This document shows positions 1 through 12,715 of a stretch of 64,000 nt of DNA, piece after piece; position 1 is the stretch's first letter; each line of letters begins with the position of its first letter. This DNA comes from Lingula anatina. Lineage: Eukaryota > Animalia > Brachiopoda. The position numbers and the translations under genes were made by a program. The stretch lies in the NCBI GenBank assembly GCA_051362555.1, contig CM120648.1, positions 14,876,587-14,940,586 of the forward strand. Direction: 5' to 3'. The notes below the pieces were generated by a model, which was given only the letters and a program-made list of their open reading frames with translations, searched no databases and had not been told where the DNA came from.

Positions 1-936
1 AAATGTAGTATTTGAATATTTTTTGCTAAACGTATTTATTATTTTGGTGTATTTGCTGAGCATTTGCATTACAGTTAGCAACCTATTAGACGAAATTTAG
101 GTCGAACCTTAAACTCTCTGCCGGCCGCCTGTTTGAAGTTAGTTGTGGCCGATCTTAGGCACACAATCCGCAGGAAAAGTGTCGTCCCAAGAAGGGCTGG
201 CTCGACTTGTATGTAACCGCACCTTTAGAGTAGAACAAATATCTGTAGAACAGACAGTGTCGCCTGAATGTCAGCGAGATCGCAGTAGGCTGTACATACT
301 GCAGCAACGTGTGACACAGGGGGCGCCGTAGAAAAGTAACGAGAAGTATTTTTGATATATTTGCTGAGCGGTTGGAATGTGTTTAGAAATGTTATCATGG
401 TTTCTACGCTAAGACGTAAAGCGAATTATCCTTAGAATAAAAAAATGTTGCTAGTTATTACACATTTTACTCCGATTACCAAGAATAGTGTTTTGTATGT
501 AAAATGTATCTCCCGAGAGCGGTAAGTTATTAATATAATAGGCTTTCTTGTTATTAGGCAATCGCCAAGCGGTGGGAAGTATAAAATAGGTGTTTTGTTT
601 CTTTGTAATATAATGTCAGGGACTAAACATCTTATTTAAATATGTATAATACCAAGTTATACTTTATCTAAATTTACTTACAAAATTAACAGATGTCGGC
701 AGTGACATTGAATTGTTGAATTACATTTATAATATTAATATTTATCATTGACACCCGTAGTACTTAAGCGTACCATTTAATACGTTACCTCATTATAGCT
801 CTATTTATTGTTTTGGTATGTCTCAGTACTCGAATTCATGCACCAGTACATTGTACATATAACATAGGATGTTAAGAGGGAGTGAGGTTTACATTGTGCA
901 TGTAGAATAGTAGACTAAATGATGTGTTCATCTCAG

Positions 937-1019
937 ACCGTATATCGGGCTTACTGGCGTCAAGAGTGGACTATCCCGCCCGGATGCTCTCTATGTTATG
1001 TGGCTGTCTAGTTACGCAA
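937..1019 (+). CDS. Possible internal exon of the same gene (xRISGLLASRVDYPARMLSMLCGCLVTQ)
   Basis: Acceptor gttcatctcag|, donor CAA|gtaaac; ends in phase 0, which is compatible with the exon at 2377. No homology support. Confidence 0.3.
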
Positions 1020-2376
1020 GTAAACCCCCTATCCGGTTTAGGATTACTTTTGTCTCAACGCGACTGCCAGGAAAAGGAAGTAATAGAAGGTAGAAATAGA
1101 ATGTAGGAGGAATAAGAAGTCGTTTGCATTCGCTATGTAGCCACTCTTTCTCTCTGAGTATTACCAACAATGATGTATAGTGCCAACATAGATATATAAG
1201 TTAACATTGACCAGTCATATTCTGTAGTTTTAATTGCTTTCTTTCCATTAGACTGCCACTAAGGTCGCCTATAGGAAATATATTCGCCGTGACCTCCAAA
1301 GTTAGAATCATTTATTTATACGTTATGTTTGTTATTGCATCTTACTGTAACTTAGTAAATTCATTATATCTTTATTTTGTGAATTTATCACAAAAAGGTG
1401 GTGTAAACCGTACCTAAGGGAGCATTTCAGTGTGTCGCTGTGGATGAATAAAACGTGTTGTTGAATAAATACTTGTTTCTTTTGAGCGTTTATGCTGCAT
1501 TGCCACATGACTTCTTAATGTTTCTGGGTCTCATTTGTCACATTAGTTAATTATAGTGGACGGCTAGAGTGTCACATAGTTGTACATCCTAACGTATTAT
1601 TTGTATAACCCCTTGCATTGCTATTAAACAGAAAGCGATGCAGTTTTGGAAGTCCAACTCACATTTGTTTGTTTCCCAGCACCATGGTTTCTAGGAGTAT
1701 ATCTTTAGAAGGTGATTTTAGTAATTAACCATCATTATTATTTTGCTATCTAACCACTGCCTTTATGAAAACCTTATTTACCGGTTAAGCTTGTATGTTT
1801 CTCTGCAGCATGCTTATTTGTTGTCTTTATGTTTTAATTCCCTTATATTTCTAGGATTTCAAGTATTTTAGTTCAGCACATGCGCTTAGTGTTGGCTTAG
1901 ATAGTTCTTTGTTTTTATTAATATTGTTTACAATATTTTAAAGTGTCTTATTTGGTGTTGAGTTTGCATACATTTGTTCTTAACTCTGTTTTTCCTGTGC
2001 AACATCTCATATATATCGTATTTTTTTTTTTTTTTTTTTGTTATTGACTTTCCTGATATGTGCCACGTTTCCATTCAAGTTGTAACGAGTAAACTTAGCA
2101 GGCCATGCAATTAGAATGTTCGACCAAAAACAGCCAATCTGACGACATGGTCCTCAGTTACTCAGTAACAACTGGGGTCGGTGGGAGGGACTAGACTGGC
2201 TAGCTACGGTTGGAAACAGTAATCACACCACGTGTTGGGATACAACGTAATCAGTTATACCACCACAACTTGAATAGAAACGCACATATATGTTAACACT
2301 TTACGGCATGAACATTAACCTGCATGTTTACTCACTGTAGTCCTTAGTTTGAGTGTTTCCTTTCCTTTGTTTGTAG

Positions 2377-2691
2377 GTTGAAATGCTTCCTATGCATGAT
2401 CGTGTGGGCACGCGCTTGGCCGCGACAGCTCCTGCAAACGCCCGCCAAAATGGGTCACACTCTATGCCGACAACTCATATACCGCAAGTTGTCATAGAAG
2501 ATGAGGCTAATGCTACTAACCCAACCATTGGCAATCCTGCTATTAACGTAACTGATGATGACTTTCAACAACAGCCACTTATAAGTAAAGAGGATAGTCA
2601 TCGGAGCCCGCGAAAACCAAATATCCCAATGGACCCCGAGGTTGGTCGGCCTCGAAGTGGCCAAGATGTTGACAAAGAAGTTCTTGCGTAA
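2377..2691 (+). CDS. Terminal coding exon of an unidentified gene whose upstream exons lie to the left; polar, probably disordered C-terminal tail ending DVDKEVLA*
   Basis: Strong acceptor tttcctttgtttgtag|GTTGAAATG (phase 0); 104 open codons, GC-richer than the flanks; TAA at 2689-2691; AATAAA at 2709-2714. No recognisable domain. Confidence 0.65.
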   Translation, partial: VEMLPMHDRVGTRLAATAPANARQNGSHSMPTTHIPQVVIEDEANATNPTIGNPAINVTDDDFQQQPLISKEDSHRSPRKPNIPMDPEVGRPRSGQDVDKEVLA

Positions 2692-5600
2692 CCTCGAGAT
2701 GCATGTACAATAAACTAGAACTATTTAAAACTGTTGTGGACTGATGGGGAAGTCTTACGTGTAATTGTCGAAAAGTTTAAGATGGTTATCTGTATTTGCC
2801 TCTGTAAAGTTGCACTAAGAACTAAACTGGTCCCGGAACAACGTTCTTTTACCGTCCAAAAACACTATATTGAATGATGTGGAACACATGTATAGTGGGG
2901 TAATGGTGCGTACAGGTACAGCACTGGGCATTGGGAATAGGTTTTTTTCATATTTTATGGGGGTAATACACATTTTACTGTGGAAATTTACTTCTGTAAC
3001 AGTCGAAGACGGTTGTGGGCAGTTCATCGACTATCATGTTTTAGTAAGTATTCAGCCACTGTTAAGGGCACACGAACACTGCCAAGTATGGTTACAATCT
3101 CGCCTTATTCGACAGAGGAGATAGAAACACTATCAATTTTGCCACGCAGTGTTCTGGTACTGCCTTATGTGCATATCTTTTACACGCCATTTTACTTGCT
3201 TTTTGCGGCATTCCTTGAAAATGTAATCAAGCAAAACGCTAAGCTTTTAAATGTTGTCAGCTTTTTGATCAACAGCAGCATTGAAACGCACTGTATCAAG
3301 ATTGAAACGTTAATGAGTCACAACTATGTGCTAAAATTCGTTCAGCTTAGGTTTTTAGATTGCCTGCTATCAGATGTTACTGTATTATAAATGACATGAC
3401 AAACAATCGATTAACTAAATGATAGAAGAAACAGAGAGCTTTCATGAGAACTAGTGGAAGCAAACGTGACTAAAGTGCTGCTGTTTTCATTCTCATCATT
3501 TTGACTTTATTGCATCAACAAGTAGTCTGAAATAGCATGCATCTGTTTAAAGTATTGCTGCTTGCAAAATACATGTGCGCCAGCTTCTGTTAATTTTGTG
3601 GCGTGTAGTAAGGGCTTTACCGTGCTGCAACTGATCTCGGAGGGCTGAGTAAAGAATGTGTTCACTGTGAAGGGATCGGGCCTCCGCCATGTTGTCGTGC
3701 TTTGCATGTTCCGTTATATGTTCCTCGCTGCGTTCTGCAGCTGTTGGTTCGCTAGGAATAGCCAAGGCACCGACGGCATATTTTTTTTTTCAGGTTGGAA
3801 GTCTCGTTAATTTTTGATGCTTAAATTGTAAAGCAGAGACAATGTAATTTAGATTAAGCTTTTTCACCACTGGTTTTGACTAGTACCAAAGCTATGAAGC
3901 CTAAAATCGAATTAATTCCATTTTCTGCGCCCCAAAGAATTTACGTGCTTCAGAACATGTTTACTTGAAGCGTTTTAGTATTACAAAGCTTTGTGCGTTA
4001 ATGCTCCATGAATACTCCAAGCCTGATTGCGTATTTGATTATTTATTATTTTATTATTTTATTTGTATCTACACTCATCGTTAAGAACGTCTATTTGAAA
4101 ACTGTTCCTATAATATCTGGTAAAGGGTAGCTTTTTTAGCGAAATCAAACTTGGAAAAATTATATAGGTTTATAAACATTTTCGCTCTAAGTAATGGATG
4201 ATTATCATGAAATATGTACTTACTTGTATAGAAAATAACTACACGTACATGTCTACATGTACCACAGGATCAACTGTATCACATTATATGAACACTGCCG
4301 TGTACATGAACATGCAATTCAACAGTTTTATTTATATTTTTTTCAATCCACCAGTGACCTCAAACAGCTTGTGTAAGTCCCATGACTACATTTATGAGAT
4401 GATTGCAATAAACTAAATATGACAGCGAAATCAATGAGTTTTAACATACACAATGCAATCATAATATCTTCACATTTGTTAGAGATGGCAATTTACAACC
4501 TAAATTATATATTCTAAAAATATGACATACACTATCAAAGAAATTTATTTAAAGTTTACCCTTAATATTGAGCTGTAAGATGTCCAGAGATTTCTTTGAA
4601 AAAAAAAAAGAAAAGAAAAACGTCAACTGGTTTACACCATAACACGCAGACCACGCCAGTGCGAAAAACATGTGTAATATTTAAACTCGTATGAAAAATA
4701 CAACACATCTAAATTTTACTGTGATATCCCTTTACCATTTTATCCTACAATCCTAAGCTTAAGAAATAAGAAGCGGGCAGAGAGCCATTGGATCAAGTAA
4801 CACAAGTTATTACATGTTAACATAGATTATGCTTCATCTGTATCTTTCTCAACTGAATGTTTTTAAAGACAGCAGAGACCTCTGGCGGTGAAGTATAAAA
4901 GTTTTTTTTTTTAATGTCTTTTGTGTCTAGTGGGGGTCAACTGTCACATCTGTTATCTTCTCCACTGACTCACAACGCAATGCCCTTATGACTCTTGCTG
5001 AAAGCTAAACTATTAGTTACACTCTATATATGTGTAGCCTCTTAAAACTAAAGCAATGAAGCTTATCAAAAACAATGAATTAAGTAATTATGACATTTCC
5101 TAATGCTCATTTGGACATCTTTGTGTGATTCCGCATATCTCCACTGCGCAATAAAGGTACGGAATCAGTCGTGTCTTACCGATGACAATACGCTGTAATT
5201 AACAACTACTTTACCATTATATCTACATACTAGTCTGCATAGTGTTTGTTTTCGACAACAATATCCCCTGGGTAGTTCTAAAAATATATAAATAAACATT
5301 TTGCGGAGAAAAACATATATATCAGAATCGTTATCATGATTTCGCTTGTGGAAATTCATCCTTTTGATAAGGGATTTTAGAACGATCTATTGTAAAACTT
5401 TTTTTGGAAAACTGATATGATAAAATTTCATACAAAAAGGATTCTGTTATATTTGGAAAAAAAGTTGAAATAAAAGTAGAAAAAATGTAAAATGAAATAA
5501 TTCTTCAGCTGAATGGCTAGGTTCAAAAATTACATTTTAAGAACAGCAAATACTTTAACATGCAAACGTCCTGTCAACTTCTGGAGGACATAAAATACTA

Positions 5601-6066
5601 TTTTACACACGATGTTGATTCTTTCAGTTTTTACCAGAACAGGATCAAGTACGGAAGCAGCAAAGAACGGGTCTGATACACACATATACACATAAGCTTC
5701 ATCTGCACCTTACCCTGTCGCCTTCTTCTATTTCTAAAACATGGCACAAGAATGAAAACCGATCCACATTTTGGAGATATGCGGCCCTTTTCACGTAGCC
5801 TAAGACAACGTCTTTGTTTTTGAGGGAGGTCACTTGCATCCCATTTTCAAAAGCAAAGAAAGTTTACGTACAATTACAATTGGCACAAGACACGGGCCCT
5901 CACACTTCACGTCTAATTATTATTATTATTACTCATTTTGATGAAGAAGCATATACCCAGTGTGCTTCAGTTATTTTATCCCAATATCTCGACTTACAAT
6001 TAGTTCATTGAAAGACACTCCCTATCATCATTTAGAGTTATGTTCCTGACAGCATCTGTGGCAACA

Positions 6067-6309
6067 TATAAACGGATTAGGCGTTCACTAACACTACCCG
6101 CAGATCTTTTAGCAATAACTCCCATAATAACCACATAACCCACGAATTAACCAACACACCGCACAATTATTAGCACGAACAAAACCATACCTGACACTAA
6201 CATTCATCCACTCTGGTAGTGCTGGTTAATTTATGGGTTATATGGTTATTATAAGTGTGAGTGCTAAAAGATCTGCGGGTAGTGTTAGTAAACGCTTAAT
6301 CCGTTTATA
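6067..6309. mobile_element. Foldback MITE with ~90-bp inverted arms, downstream of the TMED stop codon
   Basis: TATAAACGGATTAGGCGTTCACTAACACTACCCGCAGATCTTTTAGCA... mirrors ...TGCTAAAAGATCTGCGGGTAGTGTTAGTAAACGCTTAATCCGTTTATA; TA at both ends. Confidence 0.85.
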
Positions 6310-6363
6310 AGGCCTGATACAACAACCTGTAGTTTGGGCAGAGGGGAGCCTCCACTCACTCCT

Positions 6364-6600
6364 CTATGCCCTGGGTTTGCTGGAACCCGATATCACATTC
6401 TGACTGTCAAACATTTTCCTGAGGAAGTACACTTGAAGTGACCCGACCAGAATGATCACAGTGCACTGGAAGATTGACCAATACTGGATGTAGTTTCTGT
6501 TGCTAACGGCAACGTACCAGTCCCGGATGTGCTGCTGCCTGCTCTGGCCTTGGTAAAACAGCATGTCCGTGATGGCCTTGTCTACCTTGCCGATGCTTTG
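6364..6600 (-). CDS. TMED: TMED exon 4 (TM helix, cytosolic tail)
   Basis: ttttcag|CAAAGC; ends KPRA*. Confidence 0.92.
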   Translation of the reverse strand, partial: QSIGKVDKAITDMLFYQGQSRQQHIRDWYVAVSNRNYIQYWSIFQCTVIILVGSLQVYFLRKMFDSQNVISGSSKPRA

Positions 6601-9307
6601 CTGAAAACAAAAAAGTGTATAAGTAAGTAAGAATTTAAGAGTCGTTTTTATGCTGTTTTCAGAAAAAAGGGGGGTCTGATCTGGGTTAAATATAGGCCTA
6701 ACATTAGAAGCCAGATTACCGCTTGGACTTCGTTTTAAATTATAATAACTCTACCTCAAGCTTTAACAACAACGACAATAAACCAGAGGAAACAAAACCA
6801 AACTACCGAGAAGTTTTCAGTCTTGATATCCATGTCCTGGAGTTCCTTGGAGAAGTTATCCCAGGCCGAGGTGGAGAAGGTAACCAAGTAGAAGTAGACT
6901 AACTTACTGGCGAACCGGCTGAACGAGTTGTCGAAGCAGAATTCATAGACGCCTAAAATGAGAACAAAAGAAAACAGAGTTTTTGGAATATCGATTACAA
7001 TACATCACACTACTGCTGGAAGACGAGCTCGAAATAGAAGTCTGGCACACCTGATAGCAAAGAAACAATTGAAGAATACTGTGAGGGACGTTTAGCAGAT
7101 TATCTGTGGGCCCAAATACAGTAAGTCATTTCCCTCTTACTACAAGGGCATGAGCTGAGCCCGCTATTTTGTCTTAATAAAACCCCTACCAATGACTCAC
7201 CTGGAAGCTTGATTTGTCTCTCAAATGCCCCGTCAGTCTTCCACTGGAAGTTCTCTATCAGGTCTCCGTGTGGAGATTTCACTACCATGTCAATCTGCCG
7301 CTCTGCTCCACGCAGTACCTAAATATAGTGTGCAAATATATTTAAAATTATTACTTTTGTTGTCACATCCTTTTCTGACATTTCTCTTTTGTTTTACCCT
7401 TCCAAGTTCGTCAGTATTTTATGCATAATAATTGCCAGACATCGTCCTCGTGAGGCCGTCAGCTTAGAGACACGTAAAGTCTTTTATAAAAGACCAGATT
7501 CGTCTCATCGTCACCTCACCGTTTCTCTGTTTTATACAACTTAGCAACGCGAGTGCAAATACCAAGGCCCCGCTTCTCAAAGAACACCAGTAAAAATTGT
7601 TGTTAATCTTTTTATACTTCAATAAAATATCATTCTATATTGAAGCAGTGTGGCCCTATGTCCCACACGGGACGAAGAGCACTGATGATGATGATGACTG
7701 AAGCAGTGTAAATGTGCCATGGTACTAACTGCCCGTTTAAAATACTTGCCATTTCTTAATTTTCACGAAGCAGTACATTTTTGTCACTATTGCTACTGAC
7801 TTCATGTGAGGAGGGACGTGGCGTGACTTGTCTCTCGCGGCAGATTATTCGGCTGAGTGTGTCGGACATAAACCCTAATTACGGTAACAACGGTGGACGC
7901 ACGTGAAATACGATATTTGCATTCTTTACCTACATTTTAAACAGAAGCCTAAAATAAAGTACGTGAAGTCATTAGCGCTGAGATAAGCCATAAAGGTTTG
8001 CATCAAGTTGAGGTCAGAGGTCGCGCTTTTGATGATTTTTGTTATCAGCAACATGATTTATTTGCTACTAATCTCTCCCGAATGTCACCCTGAATTTCCA
8101 AGTAAAAACGCTGGCGGTGAGTGTATCCGGGTATAGGGAAGCGTCTCAGTGATCACCATCTGCACTCAGGGTGCTTCTCTCGGGATGCGGAAAAATTTCC
8201 CAGCCCGCAGTCGCTGCTGTACACTTGGCGCCTCAAACCCTTCTTAGCTCTACTAGTACTGCGATGGAGAAGCCGAAATTTTAATTTTAATCAAAAATGA
8301 TAGTTATACACTTGAACGCAGGTGAAGCGACTGGTCACAAACATAACTTGCTAGCACAACGCGCCCCAGACGTTCATGAAATATTAATGTAATGACTTAG
8401 AATAGTAATGAAGATGAGCTCTTGTTTTATTAACACTGGTGGCTTTGTGTGTCAAAACAATGCCTAGTTGACACAGAGAAGGACTGTGTATAATCCGAGT
8501 GTGCGTTAAGTCGGTAAAGGGATCTTTGATTGCCTTTCTCTGATATCATTTTGTTCAGTGGGAAAAAAACATACAGATTAATTACCGGTCGCAATGTAAC
8601 CGTACGTTTATCGATTTTTAATGAAGGGTTCTCTGTTATTTTGATTTCCCTGTGTGGTGACAAGTCAGTTCACTGCCACCTGTATAAAGACAGCTGATTT
8701 ATTTTTCCTAATCTGTTCAGTGAGTTGACTGTTGAAGATGGAGAACTTACACCAAAGCTGATATTACAAAATATGTCGTGTTGATCATGTTACTAAATAC
8801 CACAAAAAATACATCCTGTTCTATTCTAGCACGATTTGAATGATAACCGCAGAGAAATGGAAGCCGAGTTATGGGTCCACTATCCTTAGAAGGCTAGGGA
8901 ACTGTACTGAGCTCCACACACTTAACCCGAGGGGGGGGGGGGTCTGCAGTCGTTTTACTATTTTACATGTCTGCTCAATATCACTCTAATGTTCTACCAA
9001 ATTTCTGCAAAACTATATTTGAAATAATGCCCCACTCCCCCCCCCCACCCCTGTGTCTATACGTCAGTCCCGTGGGGTATCTCACCTCAAAGGATATGTG
9101 GATCTCCTCATCCATCTCCATCTTCTGGTAAAAACACTCAAATCTCCCGGCAGGAATCTCGATCTTGAACTCGTGCTGAGATCCTGGCAGGCCGTCGAAG
9201 TCGAAATCCTCGTTGCTGTCGCCGAGGACATTTTCCGTTCTTGTTGTATATAAAACAGCTGTTATGAATATGACAGCCAGCACCAGTTTGCTTGTGTACG
9301 CCGCCAT
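6364..9307 (-). CDS. TMED: Transmembrane emp24 (p24/GOLD) domain protein, gamma-subfamily-like (TMED1/5/6-like), 240 aa, 4 exons: 9307-9086, 7318-7201, 6952-6807, 6600-6364
   Basis: All introns are GT-AG with consistent phases (0,1,0). Signal peptide; GOLD domain with two Cys (IPAGRFECFYQ ... GVYEFCFDNSFSRFASKLVYF); coiled region; TM segment and tail (YWSIFQCTVIILVGSLQVYFLRKMF). The exact paralogue cannot be assigned by eye. Confidence 0.93.
6807..6952 (-). CDS. TMED: TMED exon 3
   Basis: ttttag|GC...TCG|gtagtt; VYEFCFDNSFSRFASKLVYFYL motif. Confidence 0.92.
7201..7318 (-). CDS. TMED: TMED exon 2
   Basis: tttag|GTACTG...CCAG|gtgagt; VLRGAERQIDMVVKSPHGDLIENFQWKTDGAFERQIKLP. Confidence 0.9.
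9086..9307 (-). CDS. TMED: TMED exon 1 (signal peptide, start of GOLD domain)
   Basis: ATG at 9307; 74 codons; donor GAG|gtgaga. Confidence 0.92.
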
Positions 9308-12300
9308 GTTTTGTCCACGTGTGACGGCAACGCTTGAGGGGGAGAGATTGCAGCGTTGCTAATGTCGTGTAGCACGGAAATACTGTGTCGTTATCTCGAT
9401 CTCACCAAGTACTGCTATCTCTACACGGGGAGAGACAGAGGAGACAGCTGTTTTAACGCTTAAAGCCATTTAACTATGCTACATTTACAGGAATTGTTTT
9501 AAGACTAGTCATATTATTATTCTCAGGTTTATCATTTTCAGTGCACAATAATGTTTATAGATGAAATGCTAAATGCAAACTTTGATTTACGCGAAAAATG
9601 ATGATAAGTTTTAAGATAAAAAAGATATGGGGAATTTTTCATTGTCATACATTTTTGATGTTATTATATTGACTTAACCCTCCAAGATTTACGAATAAAT
9701 AGTACATTTTGAATTTATAGAATAACTTTAATAAGAAGTTTATAAGTGGTCGCGTAGGTCATTTACAATGTTAACTTAAATTAGTACAAAAATACACGCT
9801 CTTGTCTGAAAATCGGCGCCCCTTTATGTACTTCTAATATATTTCTGGTGATAGTTCATGTCACATTTTGTATAAGTTGGTCTATTCACTCGCAAAAGTG
9901 CTGTATCCATTGTTCGGGATCTTGTAAAAAGACAAGTGTACAAAAATGAGCCTCTTCTCTCCATCCTTTATTGCCCGACTGCCGTCTCAGTACAGAGGAT
10001 CATCAGGGTTATCTTAGCTCTTATTCGTAATCAGGGTTATCTTAGATTGTTTCTTAGGACAGCTTTTCACGTTCATGGCCAAGCTTTGGTTTCACTGATT
10101 CATCAAATATATATTCCTATATAACAGGGTGAAGATATGTTTTCAGATTTTACTATTTTATTTTTCAAGGAAAACTCGGCTTTTGGAGTTTTTTTTTTCT
10201 TGAAATTTTCTATGCTTTTTAGTGACCCTGTTTAGGTTAAGATGCTTCTGAAAATGAACGCTCTTTTACTATTCAGTGACTTTTCCATTGATACAGATAT
10301 AAGTTTGGAAAGCAGGACAAACCGCTTCATATTTGTATGAATGATTGAATTTCGCTCAATTAATGCGATAACAGACTGAAAAACGTGAAAGGCGCGGGTG
10401 TCTGCATGCTCCTGTGCAGTCACTAGCTATAGAGAGATGTGAAACAACATTTCCTAACCTACTCAAAAGTATATGATAAATAAGATCCTAGATATAACAA
10501 GTAGAAAAGAAAACAGATCAGCGACCCGCTCCCTTACAAAATTTGTGACGTCTGTAAACTTCACTGGATGGCCTTTTCTCTACCTGAACAAGTGTATTTT
10601 GTCCTCGTCTGTGAGGCTGAGACTGCCACGACTGAAGCCGAGTATAAAAGTCACCAGTGTATGCTAATTGTACAGCTCAGGCGGATGACTAATTATACTC
10701 TCAGCTGAGACACTAGACTAATAATTCTCTTTCTGATACGTGTCAATGGGAGAGGTAATCTTTTGAAAATCGTCATCTTACCTGTCTAAATACTCCTACC
10801 TTGAGTATGTGTGGCATTTTGTACCATTTGTGGATGTTGAGATCAAAACCACCCCCTTAGATTATTTTTCGAACTTAGTGTAAGAGATGCACGGTAACGC
10901 TGCACAAGAGGCAACTCAGTGGAATTAATTATAAGGTTCATTCCACTGAATAATAATGGACGATTTTTGATAAATTAAAAATGTGAGTTTTCTCCTCTTA
11001 AATATTTATCAGCGGGAAATATGCGCCGTGTTCGAAACTGCCAACCATTTATAGTTGCGAGCAGTTAGTCAATGTCATACTTCGTTTTTATTCTTTTTGA
11101 ACATATATCACAAAATTTAAAGGGATAACAATTTTTTAAGAGATTCGTATTTTACAGTAACTGCATTGTTAACGATTCATAGAAATATAACAAATTCCAC
11201 TTTACCCCCAAAACGGCAGTTATTCTGGAATATGGGTTTCCCTGGGGTTAAAGACAATTTTCCTTTATTTGCAGCTCATCCATTCAAAGCTGGTCCATGT
11301 TTTTTTAAGAGGAGTTTTGTAATATTCTCTTAAGAAATTATTACAGAGTCTAACCATTTATGGAAGTCGCATGGTTCGATGGCAAACTTGTCTTTAATCA
11401 AGTAATTAACTTCTTCACTCATATTCCATCATGCATGTTAAAAATAAAGAAATTCATATCTAAGTGTCCATGTTTTAGTCAAGAAAAATTTATACTACAA
11501 TATATTTTACAAACAGGATTTTATTATTTAGACATTTCATCTAAAACACAACTGAAAATGCCTTCAAATACTGAACATTTTAATAATATAATATAATCTG
11601 TTGTTCACCTTCACCTCAGATACCTTTATGACATACCAACTGTCTGTCAAATGAGTGCTGCCTTATACTCATCACTATGTCAATAAGAATCCCCCCCCAC
11701 TTAAAGGAATTTGCCACCAGACTCTCCCAGAGACCCTTTTATTGTCAGTATGTCAATGAACAAATAATAATAGATAACTTAAAGACTTTTTTCACTCACT
11801 ATTTACTATGAAGTTACATTTAATGCTGAGCCATCCATAACTTGTACAATATAAATTAAGAAGCTTTACTATAAACAAATGAAGATAAGGATGGTAACAT
11901 CATAGTACACTATTTAAATGGTTAAAACTATCTACCATCTTACTACCCATAGTTAGCTATTTATGTTCAATCGTCTACAGTGCTAAGTATATAGATAAAC
12001 AAATAAAAATCCAAGTCATCAGTTTCAAGGAAAACTGCATTAGTTAGTATGTCTATTGCACATCCATTCTGATACAAGATTTATCAATTCTTACAAAGAC
12101 TGCTGTTCACACTGAAACAGTACTCAGGGTTTCTGTGGTTTCCTCAACCCATTACTCTTGTTGAAACATTCTGAATTCTTTCATTTCAAAAAAAAAAAAA
12201 ATCTGTTCACTTCTATCATTTTGCTTACCACTTGCCAGGCAATATTTATTTATTAACTTGGCACTTTCAAACTGCAACAGCCTCCACTTGTATTCAAACT

Positions 12301-12498
12301 GGCTCATATATATCTGCCTTTTTCCTATCCTTTTCTCTGTCGTTCAAACATTAGTCTATCCAATTGCCCTTCAATAAATTCCCTAGTCATTTTGCTTCTC
12401 TTTCATATATTTTGTCCAATTCATTCCCCTCTCACTCTTTACGCATCTTACTATCCAATCATCTTTCTTGGCTCATTTCAACCCCTCCCACTTGTCAA

Positions 12499-12715
12499 TC
12501 AAGCAATCTTCTGCAGCCAATCAATGACTTGGTTCAGTTCCCCATCTCCGTCTGTCCCGTTGCTTCCTCTGGCACTACACTCCACAAAGTCAACAGTGAA
12601 CGGCTTGAGATCAGCAAACTGGAAGTCTCTGTCCCGCCTCCCAAGGAAAGTGTTGTTATTGCCAGTGTCTGAGGTACCTTCTAGAGCTGCAGACCGCGTC
12701 ACTCGCAGGGTGTTC
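12499..12715 (-). CDS. SRPRB: SRPRB exon 6 (terminal)
   Basis: cttcag|G AAC ACC CTG; FLGRRDRDFQF...VECSA...WLQKIA*. Confidence 0.94.

Noticed and set aside
101-331. Possible extra exon of the leftmost gene
   Set aside because: Weak acceptor, several equally plausible frames, no supporting homology.
2870-3765. ORFs of 66-136 aa downstream of the first gene
   Set aside because: No domain features or supporting splice structure; probably 3' UTR or intergenic.
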